A stretch of DNA of 25,069 nt. Origin: Eledone cirrhosa (Eukaryota). The stretch covers positions 1 through 25,069 of the forward strand of contig CAXHJY010001725.1 of assembly GCA_964016885.1 (NCBI GenBank), in the 5' to 3' direction. The position numbers were made by a program, and so were the translations under genes. Below, in pieces: positions 21,792-25,069 of this stretch (positions within the stretch are counted from its first letter, which is position 1; every line of letters starts with the position of its first letter). The notes under the pieces are model-generated. The model saw nothing but the letters and a program-made list of their open reading frames with translations. It did no database searches and was not told the DNA's origin.

Positions 21792-25069
<3,278 letters not shown>

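Overview
Repeat-dense, AT-rich eukaryotic DNA, most likely intronic or intergenic sequence from an octopus-like cephalopod. The taxon is inferred from the SINE family and the microsatellite load. I can support no intact host protein-coding gene, and almost all ORFs in the supplied track are microsatellite artefacts. Recognisable parts are a 5'-truncated, disrupted Dong/R4-clade LINE (RT plus restriction-like endonuclease) inserted in (TAA)n, six copies of one tRNA-derived SINE, two CRE-like LINE 3' fragments, a Tigger/pogo-like transposon end, several minisatellites and very long (TA)n-type tracts. The main hidden signal is a set of about nine type I hammerhead ribozyme (HHR) motifs on both strands, ranging from complete to degenerate. 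They sit in short non-coding elements beside (TA)n tracts, and several have palindromic stem III or inverted/tandem terminal duplications typical of Penelope-like element (PLE) pLTRs. Two of them (5158-5228 and 7056-7121) are homologous and show compensatory base-pair changes. All alignments and folds were done by eye.
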